Positions 17,052-24,000 of a DNA stretch of 24,000 bases are shown here, in pieces. The position numbers were made by a program, and so were the translations under genes. Position 1 is the stretch's first letter. Each line of letters begins with the position of its first letter. This stretch comes from Gammaproteobacteria bacterium (GTDB lineage: Bacteria; Pseudomonadota; Gammaproteobacteria; UBA5335; SLRW01), in contig SLLK01000022.1 in assembly GCA_007134115.1 (NCBI GenBank), positions 1 to 24,000 on the forward strand. The letters are read 5' to 3'. The notes beneath the pieces were generated by a model. It was not told the origin of the DNA. It saw nothing but the letters and a program-made list of their open reading frames with translations, and made no database searches.

Positions 17052-17888
17052 TCAGTCAAATACGACATGCGTGCCGTACACGCCCATTTTGGCCGCGGCG
17101 CTGCTCATGCGGTCCAGTTCCCGCGAATTGCTTGCCGGCCCGGCGCGTACCCGGAACAGCCGCGCCTCGCCCTGACCTGATTCATGAATAAAGACCGGGC
17201 CAATGTCGCGGGATTCGAGCTGGCGGCGCAGTTTTTCCGCGTTTTCACGCGAGTAAAAGGCGCCAAACTGCAGAAACACGGGGCCGCTGTCGCTGGCCGT
17301 TGATACCGGCTGGCTGATACGGCGAGCCGCCGGCGGACCGGTGTCCGGTTGACGTCCCGGCACAATAGCACGGACTTCCACCGGCGCGGTGCCCTGTTCA
17401 TGCATATCCAGTTTCTTGGCCGCGACGTAGGAAAGATCAATGATCCGGTTGTCCACGAACGGGCCCCGGTCATTGACGCGCACGATGATGCTGCGGTTGT
17501 TTTCCAGGTGTGTGACGCGCACATAGGTGGGCAGTGGCAGCCGGGTGTGGGCGGCGGTCATCGCATACATGTCGTAGGGCTCGCCGCTGGAGGTGCGCCG
17601 ACCATGGAACTTGGTGCCGTACCAGGAGGCCACGCCGCGCTCCACATAACCCTCGGCACTGTCCATGGTGTAGTAGGTGCGGCCGAATACTTCGTAGCTG
17701 GCCGGGTTGCCGTAGCGGCTGTGCGGCTCGTTGCGCGGCACCGGGTCGGGAATGCTGGCGATATTGGGTACGGAGCCGGGGCGGGGCGCGCTATCGCCTT
17801 CGGCCGGCCAGTGGGCGCGGGCACAGCCGGCCAGGATGACGGCCGCGATGACCATGACCACCCACGGGCGCCGGTTTTCAGGCGCCAT
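17052..17888 (-). CDS. rlpA: Septal ring lytic transglycosylase RlpA (lipoprotein with C-terminal SPOR domain)
   Basis: From the ATG at 17888 the protein starts MAPENRRPWVVMVIAAVILAGC, which contains a lipobox. It has a DPBB domain (GVASWYG.KFHGRRTSSGE.YDMY.MTAAH..LPLPT.VRVT...N.RS..VRVNDRGPF) and a C-terminal SPOR-like segment (FLQFGAF....AE.L). It overlaps the mltB 3' end by 11 nt. Confidence 0.85.
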   Translation of the reverse strand: MAPENRRPWVVMVIAAVILAGCARAHWPAEGDSAPRPGSVPNIASIPDPVPRNEPHSRYGNPASYEVFGRTYYTMDSAEGYVERGVASWYGTKFHGRRTSSGEPYDMYAMTAAHTRLPLPTYVRVTHLENNRSIIVRVNDRGPFVDNRIIDLSYVAAKKLDMHEQGTAPVEVRAIVPGRQPDTGPPAARRISQPVSTASDSGPVFLQFGAFYSRENAEKLRRQLESRDIGPVFIHESGQGEARLFRVRAGPASNSRELDRMSSAAAKMGVYGTHVVFD

Positions 17889-18870
17889 CCTGAGCCTCCT
17901 TCTGCTCACGGATTTGTTCGCTGAGCAGATACGTCGCCATGGCGTAAAGCTTGCTGCGGTTATAGCGGGTGATGACGTAGAAGTTCCTGAAGCCGACCCA
18001 GTATTCCTTGTTGTCCGGCTGTTCCAGGGCAATCAGGGTCACCTTTTCGCTGCGGCTGTGATCTTCTTCCAGGCGCAGTCCGGCGCGGTGCAAATCGCGC
18101 AGGGTATGTTCCGGCTCCAGGGTTCGGGTATCCAGTTTATCGGCATTGCGCGGCGGCCGGCTGGCGGCGGCGACAATGGGTGCGCCGGCTTCCCAGCCAT
18201 GCGCGGCGAAATAGTTGGCGACACTGCCGATGATGTCGGCGTGCGTGCGCCACAGGTCGGTGCGACCGTCGCCATTGAAGTCCACGGCATAGTGCCGGTA
18301 GCTGCTGGAGATGAACTGCGGCATACCCATGGCGCCGGCGTAGGAGCCGCGCACTTCGGCCGGGTCCATGCCCTGTTCGCGGGCCAGCAACAGGAATTGC
18401 TCAAGTTCGCGCAGGAAGAACTCGCCGCGCGGCGGGTACTCGAAACCCAGCGTGGTCAGCGCGTCAACGATGCGATAGCGTCCGGTATAGCTGCCGTAGC
18501 TGGTTTCCACGCCGATGATGGCCACGATAATCTCGGCGGGTACGCCGAATTCTTCTTCCGCGCGGGCCAGTACTTCAGTATTTTCCTGCCAGAATTTGAC
18601 GCCGCCCCGTACCCGTTCCGGGGTGAGGAATATGGGGTAGTACTCGTACCAGGGACGGGCTTCGGCCGGGCGCTTGACGGCTTCGAGGATATCTTCGCGC
18701 AGACTGGCGCCGTCAATCAGGCTGGCCACCCCCTCGCGTTCGAAACCATGTTCGCTGACCATGCGCTCGATAAAACGCTGGCGTTCGGCCTGTGAATTCA
18801 CATCGGCGTGTGTCGCCGCCGCCGTGGTCAGCAGGAACAAAGCGATCGCGATCAGGGGTAGCCGGGTCAT
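17878..18870 (-). CDS. mltB: Lytic murein transglycosylase B family (soluble SltB-like; no lipobox Cys)
   Basis: Shared blocks: IIGVETSYG (catalytic Glu), GAMGMPQFISSSY and AVDFNGDGR.DLW. The signal peptide MTRLPLIAIALFLLTTAAATHA begins at the ATG at 18870. An alternative ATG at 18894 overlaps the rodA stop. Confidence 0.82.
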   Translation of the reverse strand: MTRLPLIAIALFLLTTAAATHADVNSQAERQRFIERMVSEHGFEREGVASLIDGASLREDILEAVKRPAEARPWYEYYPIFLTPERVRGGVKFWQENTEVLARAEEEFGVPAEIIVAIIGVETSYGSYTGRYRIVDALTTLGFEYPPRGEFFLRELEQFLLLAREQGMDPAEVRGSYAGAMGMPQFISSSYRHYAVDFNGDGRTDLWRTHADIIGSVANYFAAHGWEAGAPIVAAASRPPRNADKLDTRTLEPEHTLRDLHRAGLRLEEDHSRSEKVTLIALEQPDNKEYWVGFRNFYVITRYNRSKLYAMATYLLSEQIREQKEAQDGA

Positions 18871-18893
18871 ATGTCGGTATCCGGGGTTGTGCA

Positions 18894-20027
18894 TCAGTGC
18901 GCGATCAGTTTGCGATTGGTCTGGATGGACATGAGAATACCGAAACCGGCCAGCAGCGTCACCAGCGAAGTGCCGCCGTAGCTGACCAGCGGCAGCGGTA
19001 CGCCCACGACCGGTAACAAACCGGTGACCATGCCCACGTTGACGAACAGGTAGGTGAAGAAGGTCAGGCTGATGCTGCCGGCCAGCAGCCGTTCGAAAGT
19101 ATCCTGGGCGCGCATGGCGATTTGCAGGCCGCGCACGATGACCAGCAGGTACAGGCCGAGCATGACCAGTGCGCCGAGCAGGCCGAATTCCTCCGCGAAC
19201 ACGGCGAAAATGAAATCGGTAGAGCGTTCGGGCAGGAACTGTAAATGCGCCTGGCTGCCATTGAGCCAGCCCTTGCCGAACAGCCCCCCGGAACCGATCG
19301 CGATTTTAGACTGGATGATGTGATAGCCGGCGCCCAGCGGGTCCTGTTCGGGGTTGAAGAACGACAGCACGCGCTGGCGCTGGTAGTCATGCATGACCAT
19401 CCACAGGATGGGCACCATGGCGCCGATCAGGGCGACCATCAGGACCCAGATATACCAGCGCAGGCCGGCCAGAAACAGCGTGAACATGCCGGCGCTGGCG
19501 ACCAGCAGGGCAGTGCCCAGATCGGGCTGGCGCGCAATCAACACCACCGGCACCACAATCATCACCATGGCAACGGCCAGGCTGCCGATACGCGGCGGCA
19601 GTTCGCGGTCGTGAAAATACCAGGCCACCATCATCGGCAGGGTGAGTTTCATCAGCTCGGAGGGCTGGAAGCGCAGAATGCCCAGATCCAGCCAGCGCTG
19701 GGCGCCCTTGCCGGTGTCGCCGTAGAACATTACCAGAATCAGTAACAACAGGGTGCCGGAGAACAGCCAGGGTGCCCACAGCCGGATATTGGCCGAGGGT
19801 ATCTGCGCCACCATCAGCAGTACGGCGAATGCGAAACCCAGCCGCAAGGTCTGGCGCAGCGCGATGGCTGTGCTCTCGCCGCTGGCGCTGTAGAGCACCG
19901 CCATGCCCATCAATGACAGCAGTACCAGCGCGACCAGCAGGGGCAGGTCGATGTGCACCTGTTGCAGGGCGCGCGTCCAGGACCCGCTGATCGGCTCGTT
20001 GCTGCGCAGGTTGCTGTAAACACTCAT
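18894..20027 (-). CDS. rodA: Peptidoglycan glycosyltransferase RodA (SEDS family, MrdB)
   Basis: From the ATG at 20027 the product is 377 aa and polytopic. Shared blocks: IDLPLL, QPSE.MKL, PDLGTA, GYHI.QS.IAIGSGG..GKG, FIFAV..EE.G and PLP..SYGGTS. An ATGA overlap joins it to the mrdA stop. The 50-aa track extension is Arg/Gly-rich. Confidence 0.9.
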   Translation of the reverse strand: MSVYSNLRSNEPISGSWTRALQQVHIDLPLLVALVLLSLMGMAVLYSASGESTAIALRQTLRLGFAFAVLLMVAQIPSANIRLWAPWLFSGTLLLLILVMFYGDTGKGAQRWLDLGILRFQPSELMKLTLPMMVAWYFHDRELPPRIGSLAVAMVMIVVPVVLIARQPDLGTALLVASAGMFTLFLAGLRWYIWVLMVALIGAMVPILWMVMHDYQRQRVLSFFNPEQDPLGAGYHIIQSKIAIGSGGLFGKGWLNGSQAHLQFLPERSTDFIFAVFAEEFGLLGALVMLGLYLLVIVRGLQIAMRAQDTFERLLAGSISLTFFTYLFVNVGMVTGLLPVVGVPLPLVSYGGTSLVTLLAGFGILMSIQTNRKLIAH

Positions 20028-21874
20028 GGTTGTTCCCCGGTAAGCCAGGCGTCCATGACCGCGCGTGCCACCGGCGCCGCTGCACGGCTGCCGCTGCCGC
20101 CATGCTCCACGATCACGGCTACCGCAATCTGTGGATCCTCGACCGGGGCAAAGGCGATGAACAGTCCATGATCCCACAGGTGGGGCGGAATCAGGTCCTC
20201 GTCGTACTCCTCGTCCTGGGCCAGGCCGAAGACCTGCGAGGTGCCGGTCTTGCCGGCCATGCGGTACTGCATGCCCCAGCGCTGACCGCGCGCCGTGCCG
20301 GTGTCGCTGTGCACAACGTCCTGCATGGCTGCGGCGATTTTGCTCCAGGCATCGGGGTCGGACATGGTCACCGGCTCAAGTACCTCCGACATCGGCGCCA
20401 TGCTGCCGGAGCTGGCGGTGTCCTCGATGGCGCGCAGCATATGCGGCCGAATGCGTCGCCCCTGGCGTGCCAGGGTGGCGGTCGCCTCGGCCAGCTGCAT
20501 GGGAGTGGCCAGCATGTAGCCCTGACCGATGCCGGCGATCACGGTCTCGCCGCGGAACCAGGGTTCGCCCAGCGCTTCGCGCTTCCATTCGGCGTTGGGC
20601 ATGAGTCCGGGCCGCTCGCCCTGCAGGTCGACGCCGGTGACGGCGCCGAATCCCATCAGCGTCATGTATTCGTGGATACCGTCAATGCCCAGTTCCACGG
20701 CCAGCTTGTAGAAGTACACGTCGCAGGATTCGACGATGCCCTTGTGCAGGTCCACGCGGCCATGGCCTTCCTCTTTCCAGTCGCGGAAGGCGCGGCTGTA
20801 ATTGGGCAGAAAGAAACGGCCGCGGCAGTTGATGTGGTCTTCCCTGAGGGCGCGGGTTTCCAGTTGCGCCAGGCCGAGGAAGGGTTTCACGGTGGAGCCC
20901 GGCGGATATTGTCCGCGAATGGCGCGATTGAACAGCGGGCGCCGCCGGTGATGCTGCAACTCGTTGTAGTCGAGCGCGGAAAGGCCCTCGACAAACATGT
21001 TGGGGTCAAAGGTGGGCGTGCTGAGCAGAGCCAGAATTTCGCCGCTCTCCGGTTCGATAGCGACGACTGCGGCGGTTTGGTCACCCAGCGCTTCCATGGC
21101 CGCCTGCTGCAGGCGAATATCCAGGGTCAGGTGGATGTTGCGGCCCGGCCGCGGGCGGCTGGTATCGACCGTGTCGAGCATGCGGCCCTGGGCATTCACC
21201 TCCACGCGGCGGTAGCCGACCTCGCCGTGCAGAAAGGATTCGTACTGTTGTTCCATGCCGGTCTTGCCGATGTGCGCGCTGCCCCGGTACTGGCGGCGGT
21301 CCACCCGCCGCAAGTCGGCGTCGTCGATACCGCCCACGTAGCCCACGCTATGGGCGGTCAGCGGGCCATAGGGGTAGTGGCGGATGAGATTGGCGCGCAT
21401 TTCCACGCCCGGAAACTCATGCCGGCGCACGGCAAAGCGGGCCACCTCGTTTTGCCGCAGGCGCAGGCGGATGGGCACTGCCTCGAAGGGCCGCTGGCGG
21501 CGCATCTGTCGTTGCATGCGCTCTATATCGTGCGGGCTGATCTCGACCAGGCTCGACAGGCGCTCCAGGGTGACATCCATATCCTCGACCTGCTCGGGGA
21601 CGATGTCGAGCTGGTAGGCGGGCAGATTCTGTGCCAGCACGACGCCGTTGCGATCCAGGATCAGGCCGCGTGGCGGCGGCTCGGGCAGAATGCGTACGCG
21701 ATTTTCCTGCGCCAGACCGCTGAAGTGGTCGTGGTGAATGACCTGCAGGTAGGCCATGCGGGCGGTGAGCAGGATAAATGCCACAATGATCAGGCCAATG
21801 GCCAGCCACAGGCGGCGCTGGAAATGATGCCGTTCCAGGGAGCTGTCTCTGATGTGGTGCGGCACTGGACGCAA
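20024..21874 (-). CDS. mrdA: Penicillin-binding protein 2 (elongasome transpeptidase MrdA)
   Basis: 616 aa, with an N-terminal TM helix followed by R.I...PPRG.I.DRNG. The transpeptidase motifs are STVK, SCD (SxD) and KTGTSQV. An in-frame TAA sits at 21875-21877, so the start must be TTG 21874 or GTG 21865. The next ATG falls after the TM helix. Confidence 0.9.
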   Translation of the reverse strand: MRPVPHHIRDSSLERHHFQRRLWLAIGLIIVAFILLTARMAYLQVIHHDHFSGLAQENRVRILPEPPPRGLILDRNGVVLAQNLPAYQLDIVPEQVEDMDVTLERLSSLVEISPHDIERMQRQMRRQRPFEAVPIRLRLRQNEVARFAVRRHEFPGVEMRANLIRHYPYGPLTAHSVGYVGGIDDADLRRVDRRQYRGSAHIGKTGMEQQYESFLHGEVGYRRVEVNAQGRMLDTVDTSRPRPGRNIHLTLDIRLQQAAMEALGDQTAAVVAIEPESGEILALLSTPTFDPNMFVEGLSALDYNELQHHRRRPLFNRAIRGQYPPGSTVKPFLGLAQLETRALREDHINCRGRFFLPNYSRAFRDWKEEGHGRVDLHKGIVESCDVYFYKLAVELGIDGIHEYMTLMGFGAVTGVDLQGERPGLMPNAEWKREALGEPWFRGETVIAGIGQGYMLATPMQLAEATATLARQGRRIRPHMLRAIEDTASSGSMAPMSEVLEPVTMSDPDAWSKIAAAMQDVVHSDTGTARGQRWGMQYRMAGKTGTSQVFGLAQDEEYDEDLIPPHLWDHGLFIAFAPVEDPQIAVAVIVEHGGSGSRAAAPVARAVMDAWLTGEQP

Positions 21875-21893
21875 TTACCTCAAAAGTCGTTTC

Positions 21894-21957
21894 TGTTGCG
21901 CAATCAGTATCGCAACACCATGCCCCGTCAGCGTCTGCGGCCACAATGGCCGCCGCT
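21894..21957 (-). other. Two stem-loops in the mreD-mrdA spacer (no T-tract)
   Basis: Hairpin 1 (21930-21957) reads on the minus strand AGCG-GCGGCC-ATTGT-GGCCGC-aga-CGCT, starting 2 nt after the mreD stop. Hairpin 2 (21894-21917) reads TGTTGCG-atactgattg-CGCAACA. Neither is followed by a U-run. Confidence 0.4.
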
Positions 21958-21959
21958 TT

Positions 21960-22451
21960 TCAGGCGATCTGGAAGCGCTGGCGTATCGCCCTCAAAATAG
22001 AAAAGGTCAGCGGCCACAACAAGACCCCGGTGACCATGGCCGGCCAGGCCCATACCGGATCGCGCAGCCCCATGATGCCGGAAAGCCAGTAAAGCGCGAA
22101 CTCGTAAATGCCGAGCAGGGGCAGCAGCACCAGCGCCTGTTGCCATACCGGGAATGGCCGGATTTGCAAATGCAGGCGCTGGGTAATCCATGCCACAACC
22201 GTCATGGCCAGTGCGTGCTGGCCAAGCACGCCGCCGAGGACGGCATCCAGCAGCAGACCGGCCAGCCACGCCTGAACCAGGCCGAAGCGCTCGGGCAGCG
22301 CCAGTGTCCAGTAAATCACGGCGAGCACCATCCACGCCGGCCACAGGGTCGCCATCCAGGCGGGTAGTGGCACCAGTGTGAAGGCCAGCGCGCCCACCAG
22401 GGTCACCCATATCACGCCGAGCCCGTGAGGCTGACTGCTGTGCGGCATCAT
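21960..22451 (-). CDS. mreD: Rod shape-determining protein MreD
   Basis: A 163-aa hydrophobic polytopic protein lying between mreC and mrdA. Its ATG overlaps the mreC stop as ATGA at 22448-22451. Size and topology fit MreD. Confidence 0.8.
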   Translation of the reverse strand: MMPHSSQPHGLGVIWVTLVGALAFTLVPLPAWMATLWPAWMVLAVIYWTLALPERFGLVQAWLAGLLLDAVLGGVLGQHALAMTVVAWITQRLHLQIRPFPVWQQALVLLPLLGIYEFALYWLSGIMGLRDPVWAWPAMVTGVLLWPLTFSILRAIRQRFQIA

Positions 22452-23389
22452 GGCGCGGGTTCCCCGCTGTCGACTTCGCTATCGATGGCCGGCTGGTCAA
22501 TGGCGTCAGCGCCCGGCTCGGCCTGCTCGGTTTCCTCCGGCGGGCGCGGGATGACCAGCAGCACTTCGCGGCTGCGGTCCACGTGCGCCGTGGGACGGGC
22601 CGATATGCGCGCAAACCGTTCGCCCGGAACCAACTCGATAGAGGTCACCACGGCCACCGGATAACCCCGCGGGAAGCGTCCCGCCAGCGCCGAGGAGACG
22701 AGCAGGTCGCCTTCGCGAATATCCGCGTTGTTGGGCAGATAAGGCAGTTGCAGACGGCCCGTATCACCGGTGCCTTCGGCAATGGTGCGCAGGCCGTTGC
22801 GATTGATCTCCACGGGAATGGAATGGTTGGGGTCGGTGATCAGCAGCGCCGTGGACTGCACGGGGCCGGCATGAGTGATCTGGCCGAGCACCCCGTAGGC
22901 GTCAATCAGCGCCTGCCCCTGGAAGGCATGGCTGCGCTGGCCGCGATTGAGCACGACCTGATGCCGGTAAGGGTCCATTGCCACCGACATGATTTCGGCG
23001 ACCACCACCCGCTCATCCACCCGTCGGGAGGCCTGCAGCAGTTCACGCAGCCGTTCGTTCTCGGATTGCAGGGCGACAACGCGCTGCAGTTCGCCGCGGA
23101 TGCGCAGATTCTCATCACGCAGTGCGCGATTGGCCTCGACCAGTTCGCGGTGAGCAACAAGGTTCTGGCGGCTCCAGCGCAGCGCACTGAAAGGGGCGTC
23201 CACAGCCCACTGCACCGGCAGTACAACCAGTGAAAGTGCGTCGTGGAGGCGGTCGAGCTGTTGGTGACGATGATCCATGATCATCAGCGCCACCGACAGC
23301 AGCACCAGCAAAGCGAAGCGCAGGGCCAGCGCCCGATGCCGGGCCACGAACGGATTGTCTGACCCGTCTCGGTAGCCGTACACAATCAA
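22448..23389 (-). CDS. mreC: Rod shape-determining protein MreC
   Basis: An N-terminal TM segment is followed by a coiled-coil region (LVEANRALRDENLRIRGELQRVVALQSENERLRELL). Beta-domain blocks follow: DPY..QVV.N.G, GV.GQ, IPV and GGRFP.GYPVAVV, ending in an acidic/Pro-rich tail as in E. coli MreC. The start must be TTG 23389 or GTG 23383, because an in-frame TAA lies at 23402-23404 and the next ATG is inside the TM segment. Confidence 0.88.
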   Translation of the reverse strand: MIVYGYRDGSDNPFVARHRALALRFALLVLLSVALMIMDHRHQQLDRLHDALSLVVLPVQWAVDAPFSALRWSRQNLVAHRELVEANRALRDENLRIRGELQRVVALQSENERLRELLQASRRVDERVVVAEIMSVAMDPYRHQVVLNRGQRSHAFQGQALIDAYGVLGQITHAGPVQSTALLITDPNHSIPVEINRNGLRTIAEGTGDTGRLQLPYLPNNADIREGDLLVSSALAGRFPRGYPVAVVTSIELVPGERFARISARPTAHVDRSREVLLVIPRPPEETEQAEPGADAIDQPAIDSEVDSGEPAP

Positions 23390-23460
23390 TCCGGGTAGTG
23401 GTTAAACACGCGTGATCATCTCACACGTAAGCCATGGTGCAAGGGAAATCTCAATGCCGG

Positions 23461-23482
23461 CGAAAGGCCCCTGGGCGGGGCC
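23461..23482 (-). terminator. Candidate partial terminator/attenuator between mreB and mreC
   Basis: On the minus strand, 15 nt after the mreB TAG, GGCCCC-GCCCA-GGGGCC (23482-23466) is followed by TTTCG. The stem is GC-rich and 6 bp, but the U-tract is short, so read-through is likely. Confidence 0.4.
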
Positions 23483-23497
23483 GTCGCTGGTTGTTGT

Positions 23498-24000
23498 CTA
23501 CTGCAGGCCGAAGATGTCCGCGCCGTGCTCGTCGATCAGTTCCAGTACCCGGCCGCCGCCACGGGCGACACAGGTCAGCGGATCATCCGCAACGATCACC
23601 GGCAGGCCGGTCTCTTCCATCAGCAGGCGGTCCATGTCGCGCAGCATGCTGCCGCCACCGGTGAGCACCATGCCGCGTTCGGCTACATCGGCGCCCAGTT
23701 CCGGCGGCGTCTGTTCCAGTGCGGTCTTGACCGCGCGTACGATACCCGCCAGCGGTTCCTGCAGTGCCTCGAGCACTTCATTGCTGTTCAGGGTGATGGT
23801 GCGCGGCACGCCTTCGGACAAATGCCGGCCCTTGATCTCCATCTCGAGGATTTCCTGCGACGGGTAGGCGGTGCCGATTTCGCGCTTGATGCGTTCCGCG
23901 GTGGCCTCGCCGATAATGGCGCCGTAGTTGCGCCGCACATAGTTGATGATGGCCTCGTCAAAGCGGTCGCCGCCAATGCGCACCGATGCGGCGTACACAA
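23498..24000 (-). CDS. mreB: Actin-like rod shape-determining protein MreB (C-terminal part; the gene continues beyond the window edge)
   Basis: [34 protein letters not shown]...[67 protein letters not shown] is almost collinear with E. coli MreB. Confidence 0.95.
   Translation of the reverse strand, partial: VYAASVRIGGDRFDEAIINYVRRNYGAIIGEATAERIKREIGTAYPSQEILEMEIKGRHLSEGVPRTITLNSNEVLEALQEPLAGIVRAVKTALEQTPPELGADVAERGMVLTGGGSMLRDMDRLLMEETGLPVIVADDPLTCVARGGGRVLELIDEHGADIFGLQ

Noticed and set aside
16065-18795. Long + strand ORFs (16065-17180, 17349-17924, 17731-18795)
   Set aside because: These are antisense to dacA, rlpA and mltB, each supported by active-site or lipobox motifs on the minus strand. 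They are shadow ORFs.
20030-22000. 656-aa ORF on the + strand
   Set aside because: It is a shadow ORF antisense to mrdA (PBP2), whose SxxK, SxD and KTG motifs are clear on the minus strand. Its composition is low-complexity Ala/Gly/His/Val/Gln.
1-24000. Search for CRISPR repeats, IS/transposase or integrase genes, tRNA/rRNA genes, toxin-antitoxin pairs or defence-type genes
   Set aside because: No regularly spaced repeats, inverted terminal repeats, recombinase-like ORFs or tRNA-like sequences were seen. Every gap longer than 100 nt is accounted for as a divergent or convergent intergenic region. The window looks like conserved core chromosome.

Overview
This GC-rich window, with a strong G/C preference at third codon positions, reads as a densely packed core-genome segment of a gammaproteobacterium. 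I saw no mobile element, CRISPR array, tRNA/rRNA gene, defence cassette or compositional island. I can support 25 intact protein genes plus two partial ones at the window edges. All calls rest on family motifs and by-eye alignment to remembered E. coli, Pseudomonas and Bacillus proteins; no searches were run.

Gene order, left to right:
- ppnN (-)
- a crotonase-family gene (+)
- lgt-thyA-folA (+)
- the envelope/stress operon lptD-surA-pdxA-rsmA-[usp]-apaG-apaH (-)
- the divergent peptidoglycan-recycling pair amgK-murU (+)
- one long co-directional cell-wall string, mreB-mreC-mreD-mrdA-rodA-mltB-rlpA-dacA-dat-ybeD-lipB (-)

Coding sequence fills nearly everything. The largest non-coding gaps are 103-353 and 12252-12447.

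I did not find a convincing new biological system. The points worth a second look are modest:
- a D-amino-acid aminotransferase translationally coupled between dacA and ybeD
- a universal-stress-protein gene inside the rsmA-apaG junction
- mreBCD fused directly to mrdA-rodA
- a 16-nt convergent overlap of murU and lipB, with no lipA
- forced non-ATG starts for mreC and mrdA
- a few structured spacers

The many long antisense ORFs in the track are high-GC shadow ORFs.
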